DNA of 64,000 nucleotides from Patescibacteria group bacterium. GTDB taxonomy: Bacteria > Patescibacteriota > Patescibacteriia > UBA9934 > GWF2-40-263. The stretch spans positions 91,007-155,006 of the forward strand of contig JBAZTR010000003.1 in NCBI GenBank assembly GCA_041661745.1, in the 5' to 3' direction. A program made the translations under genes and the position numbers. Each line of letters starts with the position of its first letter. Position 1 is the stretch's first letter. The notes under the pieces were generated by a model that was not told the origin of the DNA, did not search any database, and saw nothing but the letters and a program-made list of their open reading frames with translations. This document shows positions 39,700 to 50,695 of this stretch, piece by piece.

Positions 39700-39925
39700 T
39701 AATTATCTTTTATATATATTATTTATAGTAATAGTAGTAGGTGTTGTGGATAGAGTGGAAAAACGAGGTTTTGGTCTAAAACAAGCGAAAAAAGAGATAG
39801 AGAAAAAGTGTGTAAGAAGTCAATTAAAAAGTAGTTAACAGTGAATAGAATTTACTCTTTTTTGATGGGGTTATTTCTTTAAGGTTTCTTCCCCCCGATA
39901 GACACAGACTTATTCACCTCTTATC
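39700..39925. other. Replication origin (oriC unwinding region) between dnaA and dnaN
   Basis: AT-rich tract, TAG-TAA-TAG-TAG-TAG DnaA-trios (39726-39740), adjacent tandem boxes TGTGGATAG and AGTGGAAAA. Confidence 0.85.
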
Positions 39926-39934
39926 CTTTGCGTT

Positions 39935-41338
39935 TTAAACGTAAATTCTTTGTTTTATTACCTCAACATCTTGTTGCAACTTTTCATCGATAACAATTTG
40001 ATTGGAAATCTTCTCATAAGCGTGCATAGCCGTGGTGTGATCACGTCCGCCCAGTTCAGAACCAATAGAAGGAAAACTAGATTTCATTTCCTCTCTCATT
40101 ATATACATGATAATTTGGCGCGGGAAAGCTAGACGTTTTTCACGACTCTTTCCCAAAAGATCTTCTATTTCTAATTCAAAATATCCGGCCACGGTTTGAA
40201 TAAGTTGTCTTGGGGTAACACTCTTTTTGTTTTTAGTTGGTAGAAAACTAGCCAAGATAGATTTAACTGATTCGATTGTTGGAACGGTGTTTTTAAATTG
40301 ATGAAGAGCAATAATTTTGTTCAAAGCCCCTTCGAGTTCACGGACATTACTTTGAATCATTGTGCCAATATGGTGAAGAATACTTTGATCCAAAATATAG
40401 TTCTTTTCGCGACATTTGGCTTGTAAAATAGCAATTCTTGTTTCAAAATCAGGGCTGCCGATATCGGCCATCATTCCCATTTCAAAACGTGACGACAAGC
40501 GTTGTTCAAGATCGGGAATGGCTTTGGGTGGGCGATCAGAAGTTAAAATAATCTGTTTGTTGTTTTGATGAAGAGTGTTAAAGGTGTGGAAAAATTCTTC
40601 CTGAGTTCCTTCCTTCCCTGTTATGAATTGGATGTCGTCAATTAAAAGAGCATCAACAGTTCGATAAATATCTTTAAACTCTTTCATTTTATTTGTGCGG
40701 ATAGCGTAAATATAATCATTAGTGAATTTTTCACTAGTGACATAAAGAATTCGTGCGTTGCTGTTCTGTTTGGCTATTTCGTTTCCAACAGCTTGTAAAA
40801 GGTGGGTTTTGCCCAAACCAACCCCACCATAAAGGAAGAGAGGGTTATAAACACTGCCGGGTTGGCTGGCTACAGCCTGGGCCGCGGCATGGGCAAGTTC
40901 GTTTTGTTTTCCAACAATAAAGCTGGAGAAGGAATATTTTGGGTTTAAAGAAACTTCGATGGTTTCGTGTTGGCTAATTGGGGAAGATGACGGTTGAGAT
41001 TGATAAATAGCTGATTTTGGTGCCTCCTGAGCTTCAAAAACAATATCCATACCTTCTGCCGGGTCGATCGAAACCGGCATGCCTGGTTTTGTTTCGACTT
41101 TGTAAACAATACTTTTGATTTTGGCGTTGTTGGCTAACACCTGGATCATGTTGTGAATTTCCTTGTGATATTTTTTTTCTAACCAAGTTTTGGTAAAAGT
41201 GTTGGGAACACCAACAATGACCTCGTTTTCGCTAAAATTAGCAATAAAAGTATTTTTAAACCAAGTGGTAAAGTTGGCCTTACTAAGTTTTAGCTCTAGT
41301 TCGCCTAGAACCGCCTGCCAAAGTTCATTGGTATTCAT
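39935..41338 (-). CDS. dnaA: Chromosomal replication initiator DnaA
   Basis: YNPLFLYGGVGLGKTHL, LIDDIQF, QEEFFHTFN, GGRDHTT. Confidence 0.98.
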   Translation of the reverse strand: MNTNELWQAVLGELELKLSKANFTTWFKNTFIANFSENEVIVGVPNTFTKTWLEKKYHKEIHNMIQVLANNAKIKSIVYKVETKPGMPVSIDPAEGMDIVFEAQEAPKSAIYQSQPSSSPISQHETIEVSLNPKYSFSSFIVGKQNELAHAAAQAVASQPGSVYNPLFLYGGVGLGKTHLLQAVGNEIAKQNSNARILYVTSEKFTNDYIYAIRTNKMKEFKDIYRTVDALLIDDIQFITGKEGTQEEFFHTFNTLHQNNKQIILTSDRPPKAIPDLEQRLSSRFEMGMMADIGSPDFETRIAILQAKCREKNYILDQSILHHIGTMIQSNVRELEGALNKIIALHQFKNTVPTIESVKSILASFLPTKNKKSVTPRQLIQTVAGYFELEIEDLLGKSREKRLAFPRQIIMYIMREEMKSSFPSIGSELGGRDHTTAMHAYEKISNQIVIDEKLQQDVEVIKQRIYV

Positions 41339-41414
41339 ATGGAGCATGGGGCCCAAAAGGGCAAAAAAGGTCGAAATTTGTTAGTTTTTGTTTACTTCGG
41401 CTTCTAGTTTACCA

Positions 41415-41485
41415 TTTATCCACAAGGGGGCAAGAGGTCAAGTAGTGGGTATGTAGGTTGATAAACTGTGGAAAGTGTGGTAATA
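41415..41485. promoter_or_regulatory. DnaA boxes in the dnaA/rpmH divergent promoter region
   Basis: TTATCCACA at 41415; TGTGGAAAG and TGTGGTAAT near 41467-41484. Confidence 0.75.
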
Positions 41486-41516
41486 ATATACACGCTTATT
41501 AAAATACAATACAGTT

Positions 41517-41669
41517 ATGCCAAAACGCACATATCAGCCGAAAAAAGCCCGCCGTGCCAAGGTTCATGGATTTATGTCCAGAATGGCTACTTCGGCCGGC
41601 CGAAAGGTCTTAAAACGTCGCCGTGCCCGTGGCCGCAAGCGCATGTCGGTACAGCGAAAATCGAAATAA
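41517..41669 (+). CDS. rpmH: 50S ribosomal protein L34
   Basis: Manual translation [50 protein letters not shown]. Confidence 0.96.
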   Translation: MPKRTYQPKKARRAKVHGFMSRMATSAGRKVLKRRRARGRKRMSVQRKSK

Positions 41670-41707
41670 GGTATAATGAAAACAGGGGTTAAGCCCCTGT
41701 TATTCAT

Positions 41708-42046
41708 ATGTTGCCACAAGAAAATCGTTTAAGAAAGGAAAAAGACATTGAAAAGGTCTTTAAAACCGGGAAAAGCGTCTTTGATCCGGTCTGTGGTTTT
41801 AAATTTCTGCCAAACAACCTGCCGGTTTCCCGTTTTGCTTTTATGGTTGGCACAAAAATCTCCAAATCAGCTGTAAAACGTAACCGTCTTCGTCGTCAGA
41901 TCCGGGAAATCATCCATTTGAATCTGAAAAACATTAAAACCGGTCTTGATTTTACTTTTATTGTCCGCCCGGGGGCGAAAGAGGCCGATTATAAAGGATT
42001 GGAAGACATAATTGTTCACGGATTAAAAAAGGCCCGCCTTTTATGA
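41708..42046 (+). CDS. rnpA: Ribonuclease P protein component
   Basis: K.SKSAVKRNRLRR RNR motif; synteny after rpmH. Confidence 0.93.
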   Translation: MLPQENRLRKEKDIEKVFKTGKSVFDPVCGFKFLPNNLPVSRFAFMVGTKISKSAVKRNRLRRQIREIIHLNLKNIKTGLDFTFIVRPGAKEADYKGLEDIIVHGLKKARLL

Positions 42047-42912
42047 ATCCTTTTAAAGCAATAGCTGTTTTTTTAATAATAATTTATCAAAAAACCCTGT
42101 CTTTTGATCATGGTCCTTTAAAAATTTTCCATCCGTACGGTTATTGCCGCTTTCACCCAAGCTGTTCAGAGTATTCCAAGCAAGCTATTGAGCGTTTTGG
42201 TTTAATAAAAGGCGGTTTTTTAGCTACAAGTAGGATTTTAAGATGTAATCCTTGGTCAAAAGGCGGAATCGATGAGGTGCCAGGGACAGAAAAGGTAGTT
42301 ATTGGTAATCCAGAAAACGAGTCAAAAGACGGTAAAGACCTTTCTGATCAAGATTTTGTAGAAATTATTAACCTTTATAAAAAACAAGTCGTCGTTCCTT
42401 CAAAAGTATCGTCTAAACCCTTTATTCTCTGCCCGATCGGGCTGGTTGGCTCGGGAAAAACCACAGTTATTAAACCAATGGCCGAATATTTTGGTCTTGT
42501 CCGGGTTTCCAACGATGAAATTAGAAAAATTTTGATAAGCAAGGGGTTTAATCTTACAAGAACGGTTGAGTTGGGTTTTGGAGTAGCTAAAGAGTTTGTT
42601 GAAAAGGGTTTTGGTCTAGCGGTCGACGCCGATTGTGCTGGTCCGAACATTGTTAAAACAATTAATGAGCTGGCAAATAAGGTCGGACTAAAAGTTTTTT
42701 TAATTCACCTCAACACCCCAGAGGATTTTATTTTAGAGGGGATAAAAAAGTCCCGCTCTGACGCCGAGAATTTTATTCAGATTTATCACAAACGCAAAAT
42801 ACTTCACGAAAATTTAAATTTTTCTTTTATTTATACTTTTGATTTGTCGCGTGGCAATGTAGACGAACAAATTAAAGAATGCGAGAGAATAATTGAGGAA
42901 GAAATTAAATAA
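42043..42912 (+). CDS. yidD: YidD domain fused to a P-loop kinase (AAA_33-like) domain
   Basis: CRFHPSCSEY...RILRCNPW..GG.D.VP, then GLVGSGKTT. Confidence 0.8.
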   Translation: MNPFKAIAVFLIIIYQKTLSFDHGPLKIFHPYGYCRFHPSCSEYSKQAIERFGLIKGGFLATSRILRCNPWSKGGIDEVPGTEKVVIGNPENESKDGKDLSDQDFVEIINLYKKQVVVPSKVSSKPFILCPIGLVGSGKTTVIKPMAEYFGLVRVSNDEIRKILISKGFNLTRTVELGFGVAKEFVEKGFGLAVDADCAGPNIVKTINELANKVGLKVFLIHLNTPEDFILEGIKKSRSDAENFIQIYHKRKILHENLNFSFIYTFDLSRGNVDEQIKECERIIEEEIK

Positions 42913-42952
42913 TAATTTTAAGAATTAAAAAAACTGCCGGTTGGCAGATTTT

Positions 42953-43474
42953 TTATATAAGATTTAAGTTTCGTAATTCTTTTAAAGCCTTCGTGGTAAT
43001 TCGTTTTTTCCCCTTCTGAAGTATTGTGTCACACAAGGACAACCCATCCTCAAAAGAAAGCCATTTAAAGTCGTCGAATTCAGTTTTTGTGATATCAATA
43101 TTTTGTGAAGCGGAACTAGTGGTGATAAAAAAGTATTTTTTTCCCTTCATGTAAATGTCCTGGTCAGCATCGTTTCTTAATTCGCGGGTGTTTTGATTTC
43201 GGGAGGGAAACTTCACCTCGTCCTCACCAAATATTTGTATATTTTTTTTAACAGTTTTAATAAAATCACTGCCAAGCTCTTCGGCCATTTCTCTAAAAAA
43301 AGCGGTTTTGAGCAGCTCTTTATTATTTACCCCGCCTTGCGGCAGTTGCCACAAATTATGTTCTTTTTTGAACAAAAACAGGACTTTTTTGTCATTTATA
43401 AAACAACCAACCACTTGTGGGCGGAAACCACGGTTTCTTATTTGATCAATTTTTATTAAGTCAGGCACTTCCAT
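42953..43474 (-). CDS. NUDIX hydrolase (RppH-like)
   Basis: WQLPQGG......AFFREMAEELG Nudix box; EFDDFKW. Confidence 0.85.
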   Translation of the reverse strand: MEVPDLIKIDQIRNRGFRPQVVGCFINDKKVLFLFKKEHNLWQLPQGGVNNKELLKTAFFREMAEELGSDFIKTVKKNIQIFGEDEVKFPSRNQNTRELRNDADQDIYMKGKKYFFITTSSASQNIDITKTEFDDFKWLSFEDGLSLCDTILQKGKKRITTKALKELRNLNLI

Positions 43475-43486
43475 ATTGGGAAAACA

Positions 43487-43705
43487 CTATACCTCAATTT
43501 GCTTTATTTTAGTAGTTGCGCCGCGGACAATTTTTATTGCTGTTTTTGGCTTTTTGTAATACTCAGCCAGGAAGCGAATAAGCTCTTCGTTAGCCTTCCC
43601 TTCCCGCGGCGGGGCGGCGATTTTTATTTTAACAGTATTATCGTCTAGCCAACCAACGATCTCTGTTTTTTTCGCGTTCGGTGAAGCGTGAACAGTCAGA
43701 ATCAT
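43487..43705 (-). CDS. DUF167/YggU family protein
   Basis: P.AK...I, APP.EGKAN.EL..FLA motifs. Confidence 0.85.
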   Translation of the reverse strand: MILTVHASPNAKKTEIVGWLDDNTVKIKIAAPPREGKANEELIRFLAEYYKKPKTAIKIVRGATTKIKQIEV

Positions 43706-43706
43706 A

Positions 43707-44546
43707 TTAACCACGAATTTTTTTGAAAAGTTTTAGGTCTTTTTCAACTCCTTTTGATCCATCATCCCAAGGCGTCTCTAAAATAAGATCGATACCTTTT
43801 AATTTTTTATTATTAATGATTGCTTCGAATCCAGCTTGGCCGATTTTTCCTTCGCCGATATGGGCGTGACGATCTTTGTGTGAACCAAAGTCAGTGGCCG
43901 AGTCATTGGTGTGAATTAAAATCAGTCGTTCCAAGCCGATAATGTCGTCGAAATCTTTTAAGGTTTTTTCCAACGCTTCTTTTGTCCGAAAATCATAACC
44001 AGAAGCAAAGGCATGTTGTGTATCAAGACAAACGCCGACTTTGTTGCCCCCCTTAGCCTGAAGAACTTCCCAAACGTCTTCAAATTTATCACCCATGATT
44101 GCCCCGGCCCCGGCCGACATTTCGATTAGCAACTGGCACGAGCCGTTATAGTCTTTTAAAATTTTTTCCACCCCATCTTTGGCCATTTCCAACCCCTTCT
44201 TTTCACCAACCCCGGCCGCTGAGCCCATATGGAACATCATGGCCTGACAACCAAGGAGTGAGCCGCGCTCCAACTCCTCACGGATAAGGTGAATAGAGTA
44301 ACCGCGAGTGTGACCCAAAGGTGAGGCTAGGTTAATGATGTAGGGGGCGTGGACATAAGCCGCGGAAATTTTGTTTTCCTCCATAGCCGTGCGGAATTTT
44401 TTGACGGTTTCCGGGGTTATTTCCGACGCTTTGCCACCTTGTGGTGGCCGAGTGAACATTTGTAAAACCTCGCAGCCGATTTTAGCTGCGTTCCCCGGGG
44501 CATTCCAAACCCCACCTTCAATGGAAACATGGGCACCGAATTTCAT
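43707..44546 (-). CDS. nfo: Endonuclease IV
   Basis: GAHVS, HAPYIINLAS, CLDTQH, H.NDS, DRH..IG.G, ILETP. Confidence 0.93.
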   Translation of the reverse strand: MKFGAHVSIEGGVWNAPGNAAKIGCEVLQMFTRPPQGGKASEITPETVKKFRTAMEENKISAAYVHAPYIINLASPLGHTRGYSIHLIREELERGSLLGCQAMMFHMGSAAGVGEKKGLEMAKDGVEKILKDYNGSCQLLIEMSAGAGAIMGDKFEDVWEVLQAKGGNKVGVCLDTQHAFASGYDFRTKEALEKTLKDFDDIIGLERLILIHTNDSATDFGSHKDRHAHIGEGKIGQAGFEAIINNKKLKGIDLILETPWDDGSKGVEKDLKLFKKIRG

Positions 44547-44625
44547 AATGATTTTATTTTAGCAGAAACCAGGTTTGCTCAACAGCCGGTCTTTCGATAT
44601 GCTACAGATACTCTTGGGAGGCACA

Positions 44626-45144
44626 ATGTCCGATCTCTGCTCCCGTAAAGTCTACTTGGGCTTTCCGGAATACTGCGATTTGGTTCGTCGGCTGGTACAA
44701 AACATCGCCGACTGCCCAGACTTCCAGGTTCAGCAAGTGATCGCCATCGCTCGAGGCGGCTTGTTTCCCGGTGAAGTTCTTTCTCGAGTTTTCGAGGCAC
44801 CCTTGGCAATCGTTTCTGTTGGTAGCTATCCAGACAAGGGTACACAACAAGAGGAAGTTGTCTTTAGTCGCGACCTGACCACAAAGGACCCCTTGGTTCG
44901 CACAGGCGTCCTCTTGGTCGACGAGTTGACCCAGAGCGGTTTGACGCTGGCCGGGACGGTTCGTTGGCTAGAGCGTTGGTATGGACTGACAGGAGTTCGC
45001 ACGGCTGCGATTTGGCACAAAGACGCGTCGATCATCTGTCCCGATTTCTACGTCGAACTGGTGAGGCCCGAACAACCCTCCGGCCCCTACCCCTGGTTCG
45101 TCACCCCACAGGAACAACGCGACCTGTGGCTCCCTCGCCCCTGA
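44626..45144 (+). CDS. Phosphoribosyltransferase (xanthine/guanine PRT-like), GC-rich
   Basis: IARGG and VLLVDELTQSGLTL PRPP loop; SD GGAGG. Confidence 0.8.
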   Translation: MSDLCSRKVYLGFPEYCDLVRRLVQNIADCPDFQVQQVIAIARGGLFPGEVLSRVFEAPLAIVSVGSYPDKGTQQEEVVFSRDLTTKDPLVRTGVLLVDELTQSGLTLAGTVRWLERWYGLTGVRTAAIWHKDASIICPDFYVELVRPEQPSGPYPWFVTPQEQRDLWLPRP

Positions 45145-45206
45145 CCTCGTCGTCTCGGGTTTTTTAAAACAAAAAATCCCCGAGTGGGGATTTTTTTAAT
45201 TGGTAA

Positions 45207-46499
45207 TTATTTAACCATTTCTTTTTTTAAGAGTTCGATGACTTTTCGATTTCGTAAGACTGATTGGATATAGTCACGATACTCCGGAGAGTAAATTCTC
45301 TCCTTGGCTTCCTTGTCATCTTTGTAGTGCTCGGCAACATGATCAATTTCTTCGGCTATTTCTTCTTCTTTCAATTTAATATCTTCTTTTTTTGCCACCT
45401 CTTTAACAACCAAAGCAACCTTAATGCGGTTAAGTGCCTGAGGAGTGAAATCGAGTTTTATATCAGCCAAAGTTTTCTTTAAACTCTTTACATAGTCTTC
45501 GAAAACTCCACCTTGTTCTTCAACGCCGTGTTTTAATTCCTCGATCATTTTGTTGATTTCCTCATTTACCAAAAGATCCGGAATGTCTTGGAAGCGTGAC
45601 TCTTTGGCTAGAAGTTCCAACATGGTGCGTTCCTGGCGAATTGCCTCCTCCTCATTTTTTTCGTGGGCCATGTTGTCTTTAATAATGGTTTTGAGAGAGG
45701 CCAAGTCTTTTTGTCCAAGGCTGGCGGCAAAAGCATCATCAACAGCCGGGGCTTGAAGATTAAAAATTTCTTTTACTTCAACCTCAAATTCAACTTCCTG
45801 ACCAGCAATATTTTTTTGATAATGCTCTTTAGGAAATTCCAATTTAAAAGTTTTTTTATCACCTTCTTTAGTTCCAAGTAATTGTTCGGTGAAACCGGGA
45901 ATATAGTAAGCCTCGTTCATGAAGACAGCATGGTTGGTGGCTTGGCCGCCTTCAAGCGGAACGTTTTCTTTTTTGATGTTCATGTTGATGACGACCTTGT
46001 CTTCTTTGGTGACAGCTGAACCGGCTTCGGCACGAACTTCTTTTGTTTGCATGCGCTGCAAATCACGTAAGGCAATATCAATGTCTTTGTCTTCTACCTT
46101 AACTTCTTGTCTATCTATTTTTAAAGTTTTGTAATCAGCTAATTGGTCTACTGCCGGCATTAAAGCGACTGTAGCGGTAAAAACAAATTCGTTACCTGGA
46201 GCCATTTTAACCACATCGATGGCCGGTGAACCGACCGGATCAATTTTATTAGTGGTGATAGCTTCGACAAAGGTAGCTCGAACTGCTTGTTCCACTGCTT
46301 CCTCATAAATAGCCATTTCACCCAACTTGTTTTTAAGGGCTTCATAAGTGGCTTTACCAGCACGGAAACCAGGGACTTCAACATGCTCGGCTAGGTGAGC
46401 CACAGCTGCTTCCATATGCGGTTTCATTTCATCGGCAGAAACAGTTATGGTTAGTTTCATTGAGTTTTTTGGGAGAGTTTCGATTTGTACTTGAGACAT
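45207..46499 (-). CDS. tig: Trigger factor
   Basis: VPGFRAGKA signature, FKBP-like IPGF.EQL, FP..YH-like motif. Confidence 0.95.
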   Translation of the reverse strand: MSQVQIETLPKNSMKLTITVSADEMKPHMEAAVAHLAEHVEVPGFRAGKATYEALKNKLGEMAIYEEAVEQAVRATFVEAITTNKIDPVGSPAIDVVKMAPGNEFVFTATVALMPAVDQLADYKTLKIDRQEVKVEDKDIDIALRDLQRMQTKEVRAEAGSAVTKEDKVVINMNIKKENVPLEGGQATNHAVFMNEAYYIPGFTEQLLGTKEGDKKTFKLEFPKEHYQKNIAGQEVEFEVEVKEIFNLQAPAVDDAFAASLGQKDLASLKTIIKDNMAHEKNEEEAIRQERTMLELLAKESRFQDIPDLLVNEEINKMIEELKHGVEEQGGVFEDYVKSLKKTLADIKLDFTPQALNRIKVALVVKEVAKKEDIKLKEEEIAEEIDHVAEHYKDDKEAKERIYSPEYRDYIQSVLRNRKVIELLKKEMVK

Positions 46500-46597
46500 A
46501 AATTTCAAATAAATTACGCGCGTCGAGGATACCTTTTTATTTTGTTTGTGTCAACAAAAAACCGCCGGTCAAAACCAGCGGTCTTTTTTAAAACAAA

Positions 46598-48607
46598 TTA
46601 GACAATCAACGCTACAATTAGCAAAGCAACAATGTTGAGAATCTTAATCATCGGGTTGATGGCCGGACCAGCGGTGTCTTTGTAAGGATCACCAACCGTG
46701 TCGCCGGTCACCGCGGCCTGATGAGTAAAGCTGCCTTTGCCGCCGTAGTTTCCTTTTTCAATATATTTCTTGGCGTTGTCCCAAGCCCCACCACCGGTGG
46801 TCATGGAAATGGCCATAAAGAGACCGGTAACTATTGAACCGATGAGTAAACCGCCGAGGGCAATTGGACCAAGAACAAACCCAACAACGATTGGTGAAAG
46901 AACCGCGAGCAAAGCCGGAACAATCATCTCTTTGATAGCGGCTTTAGTCACGATGTCGACAGCGCGACCATAGTCTGGTTTGTCGATGCCTTCCATGATT
47001 TTCTTTTCTTTAAATTGGCGACGAACTTCCTCAACCACAGCGCCGGCCGCGCGGCCAACGGCTTCCATAGAACGAGCCGAGAAGAAATAAGTAACAATGC
47101 CGCCAAGAAAGAGACCAATAATAACTTTTGGATCTGCTAAATCAAACACCGCATCAGCACTTTCCATTTTTAAAGCGTGAATATAGTCGCCAAACAAAAC
47201 CAGAGTAGCCAGGCCGGCTGAACCAATAGCATAAGCCTTGGTCACAGCTTTGGTGGTGTTGCCAACAGCGTCGAGCGGATCAGTGATATCACGAACTGAC
47301 TCCGGTAATTCTGCCATTTCAGCGATACCACCAGCGTTGTCGGTAATCGGACCATAAGCATCAATCGCCACAATGATTCCTGTAAGCGAGAGCATGGCCA
47401 CAGCGGCGATAGCAATGCCGTAAAGACCAGCTGAGGCATAAGCGGCTAGCACGCCGAAGACAATGACCAGAACCGGCAAAGCCGTGGCTTTCATTGAAAG
47501 AGCTAAGCCAGCAATGACGTTTGTCCCGTGTCCGGTTTGTGAAGCCTCGGCCAGTTTTTTTACCGGGCCATAGGAAGTGCTGGTGTAATATTCAGTGATA
47601 ACAATCAGGAGACCAGTAACGACCAAACCAATCACAGCCGAAAAGAAGACAAAGATTGGAGCCGGGCCACCAATAACCGTGCTAAGCATTAGTTTTGTGA
47701 CGACCCAGAAGCCGATCAGAGCAAAAACACCGGCCGCGGCCAAACCTTTATAAAGGGCGCCCATGATGTTTTGATTTTTTCCAAGTCTAATAAAGAGGGT
47801 TCCAAGAATGGAAGCGATGATAGCCACGGCACCAAGGGCCAATGGATAGATGGTGTAAACTTCCCCACCTTTTAAAGCGACCATTGAGGTAGCTCCAAGA
47901 AACATAGTGGCTACCATAGTCACAGCATAGGTTTCAAAAAGGTCAGCGGCCATACCGGCACAGTCACCAACGTTGTCACCAACGTTGTCGGCAATAACCG
48001 CTGGGTTGCGTGGGTCGTCTTCAGGAATTCCAGCCTCAACTTTTCCAACCAAGTCAGCTCCAACATCGGCGGCTTTGGTAAAGATACCACCACCAAGACG
48101 AGCAAAAACCGAGATAAGCGAGCCGCCGAAACCAAGGCCGATTAAAGCACCGACATTGTAACCGGACAACATGTAAAAGCCGGCTACGGCAATAAGACCA
48201 AGTCCGACCACGAACAAGCCGGTAATTGATCCGCCACGGACAGCCACGTTTAAAGCTTCCTTTAAACCGGTTTTAGCCGCCTCGGTTGTGCGGACATTGG
48301 CGCGGACGGAAATAAACATGCCGGTAAAACCAGCTAGGCCGGAGAAAACAGCACCAACCGCGAAACCAGCGGCTAGCCACCAGTTTAAAAACAAACCGAT
48401 GAGGATAAGGACGACGATGCCAATGAAGGCGATCGTTTTGTATTGGCGAGCCATGTAGGCATTGGCGCCATCTTGAATGGCTTTGGCAATGCCGATCATC
48501 TTGCCATCACCGGACGGCAGGCGGAGAATCCATTGGATCAGGAATCCACCGTAGATCAGAGCCACGAGACCGGCTCCGATAGAAAGGAGAGAAATCATGC
48601 TAGGCAT
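46598..48607 (-). CDS. hppA: Membrane pyrophosphatase (K+-independent H+-PPase type)
   Basis: [26 protein letters not shown] (Lys), [10 protein letters not shown]. Confidence 0.95.
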   Translation of the reverse strand: MPSMISLLSIGAGLVALIYGGFLIQWILRLPSGDGKMIGIAKAIQDGANAYMARQYKTIAFIGIVVLILIGLFLNWWLAAGFAVGAVFSGLAGFTGMFISVRANVRTTEAAKTGLKEALNVAVRGGSITGLFVVGLGLIAVAGFYMLSGYNVGALIGLGFGGSLISVFARLGGGIFTKAADVGADLVGKVEAGIPEDDPRNPAVIADNVGDNVGDCAGMAADLFETYAVTMVATMFLGATSMVALKGGEVYTIYPLALGAVAIIASILGTLFIRLGKNQNIMGALYKGLAAAGVFALIGFWVVTKLMLSTVIGGPAPIFVFFSAVIGLVVTGLLIVITEYYTSTSYGPVKKLAEASQTGHGTNVIAGLALSMKATALPVLVIVFGVLAAYASAGLYGIAIAAVAMLSLTGIIVAIDAYGPITDNAGGIAEMAELPESVRDITDPLDAVGNTTKAVTKAYAIGSAGLATLVLFGDYIHALKMESADAVFDLADPKVIIGLFLGGIVTYFFSARSMEAVGRAAGAVVEEVRRQFKEKKIMEGIDKPDYGRAVDIVTKAAIKEMIVPALLAVLSPIVVGFVLGPIALGGLLIGSIVTGLFMAISMTTGGGAWDNAKKYIEKGNYGGKGSFTHQAAVTGDTVGDPYKDTAGPAINPMIKILNIVALLIVALIV

Positions 48608-48700
48608 AGTTTGTTTTAAGTTTTCGATTAACGACTGTTATGATAGTGTTAAAAGGGGTGTTTTGTCAATTGTCAGAGTAAAGAAAACCGCTTAATTATT

Positions 48701-49312
48701 ATGAAAAACCCAACTTTTCACTTTGAACGCGACTTGGCGGCTTTGGGTTACAAAGCTGTAGTTGGGGTTGATGAAGTTGGCTGTGGGGCCTTGGCTGGTC
48801 CGGTTGTGGCCGGAGCGGTTATTCTGCAAGAACCATTCCGTTTGGCTGGGGTGCGCGATAGTAAACTTTTAACACCACTAGCTCGTGAAAGATTGTCATT
48901 AGAAATAAAAAAACGAGCCCGAGTCCATGCCATCGGCGAGGCCAGTGTGGACGAAATTAACAAACTTGGTATTAGACGGGCCACTTTTTTGGCCATGCGC
49001 CGCGCTTTGGAGAAAATTGGTGAAGTTGATTTTGTTTTGGTTGATGCTTGGAAAATTCCAGGCATCCCTTTTCAACAAAAAGGAATTATCCGAGGCGATC
49101 GTTTAATAAAATCGATTGCCGCCGCCTCGATTGTGGCCAAGGTTTATCGCGATGCTTTAATGGACAAGCTTTCCCTGGAGTTTCCTAAGTATAGTTTTCA
49201 TGAGCATAAAGGATATTCCACCGAAGTTCACTTGTCAGCGATAAAAGAATACGGACCGTGTCCAATTCATCGGACTTCTTGGAAAAGATTCCAACCAAAG
49301 CTTTTTGATTGA
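48701..49312 (+). CDS. rnhB: Ribonuclease HII
   Basis: GVDEVG.G.LAGPV, DSK, SIAAASIVAKV.RD, HKGY. Confidence 0.94.
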   Translation: MKNPTFHFERDLAALGYKAVVGVDEVGCGALAGPVVAGAVILQEPFRLAGVRDSKLLTPLARERLSLEIKKRARVHAIGEASVDEINKLGIRRATFLAMRRALEKIGEVDFVLVDAWKIPGIPFQQKGIIRGDRLIKSIAAASIVAKVYRDALMDKLSLEFPKYSFHEHKGYSTEVHLSAIKEYGPCPIHRTSWKRFQPKLFD

Positions 49313-49349
49313 CGCAAATGGTGAAAAATGATACTGTTTATTCGTTTTC

Positions 49350-50693
49350 ATGGAAATAAAACCTAAATATTTCTTCATAAAATTACTTTTGTCCGTTCTT
49401 CGCGGATTCGTTTTTTTAAAACAAAACGCGTGGGCAATTTTTACCTTTTTAGGCCGCCCTTTTTCCTCCATTGGTCGTTTTTCTTTTAAATGGATTGGCC
49501 TGCCAATTTACCGTCTTCTATTTTTCTTTCGGCGACAAATGTATCGGCTTTATCTGCCGGCTAAAAATCGTTTTCTTTTTGTTTTCACTAACCGTTACAT
49601 GTTCCACGCGGCGATTGTTCTAGTCGTGGCTGTGACCGGAGTGGTTAATATTCAAACCAGTGAAGTTCGAGCTGAAACTTTTGGAGCTAAAAGTTTAATT
49701 TTGAGTTTAATGGATGAAAACTCTTCAACTTTAGTTGAGGAAGTTTCGGCGGAACGTGTAATTCCTCACGCTTCATCTAGTTATCTCGACACCTACTCTG
49801 TTTCATCAGAGGAAATTGATGTTGATTTGTTGTACGAGGAGCAAGTGGCCACCTTGCTCGGCGGTAGCGCCATTACCTCACCAACTATTAGCGAAGGCGG
49901 CAACAGCGTAGCCGCCCGCAATGCTATTGAAGAATATACGGTTCAGGATGGCGACGTTCTTGGTTCAATTGCTGAGAAGTATGGTCTAAGTTTAAGTACG
50001 CTTCTTTGGGCTAACAACTTAACTTATCGCAGTACAATTAGGCTTGGTCAAAAAATAATTATTCCGCCGGCTGACGGTGTTGTTTATACTGTTAAAAGAG
50101 GTGACACAGTTTCCAGTATTGCTAAAAAATACGGAACCTCGACTGACAAAATTTTATCTTTCAATGATTTGTCTGATTCCGCTGCCTTGTCAGTAGGGGT
50201 CACTTTAATGTTGCCTGATGCCACACCGCCCACCAGCACTCCGGTTACTTACACGGCTCCTGCTTCCAGTATTTTTACTGGCACGCGTGGCAGTACTGCC
50301 CCGGCGGCTGCTACCGGCAGTTGGGTTTGGCCAACCGATGGTTGCTACATCACGGTTTATTTCAACCAGTATTATAGATTTGGTTTGCACAAAGGACTGG
50401 ACATTGACGGTGATTACTCTTCATATGTTTACGCCACACGTGGCGGTACAGTGACTCGATCCGGCTGGTTTGATGGTTACGGCAACTGTGTTGATATTAA
50501 TCACGGCGACGGCTACGTTACTCGTTATGGTCACTTCTCAAAACTTTTTGTGGCTGTTGGTCAAGAAGTTGCTGCCGGCGAAGCTTTAGGTAACGTTGGA
50601 ACAACCGGACAATCAACCGGCACACACTTGCACTTTGAAGTTATGGAAAACAGTGTGAAATTAAATCCGTTAAACTTCATTCGTTGTAAATAA
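49350..50693 (+). CDS. LysM + peptidase M23 protein
   Basis: Two LysM repeats; HKGLDI, YGH, STGTHLHFEV. Confidence 0.9.
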   Translation: MEIKPKYFFIKLLLSVLRGFVFLKQNAWAIFTFLGRPFSSIGRFSFKWIGLPIYRLLFFFRRQMYRLYLPAKNRFLFVFTNRYMFHAAIVLVVAVTGVVNIQTSEVRAETFGAKSLILSLMDENSSTLVEEVSAERVIPHASSSYLDTYSVSSEEIDVDLLYEEQVATLLGGSAITSPTISEGGNSVAARNAIEEYTVQDGDVLGSIAEKYGLSLSTLLWANNLTYRSTIRLGQKIIIPPADGVVYTVKRGDTVSSIAKKYGTSTDKILSFNDLSDSAALSVGVTLMLPDATPPTSTPVTYTAPASSIFTGTRGSTAPAAATGSWVWPTDGCYITVYFNQYYRFGLHKGLDIDGDYSSYVYATRGGTVTRSGWFDGYGNCVDINHGDGYVTRYGHFSKLFVAVGQEVAAGEALGNVGTTGQSTGTHLHFEVMENSVKLNPLNFIRCK

Positions 50694-50695
50694 AT

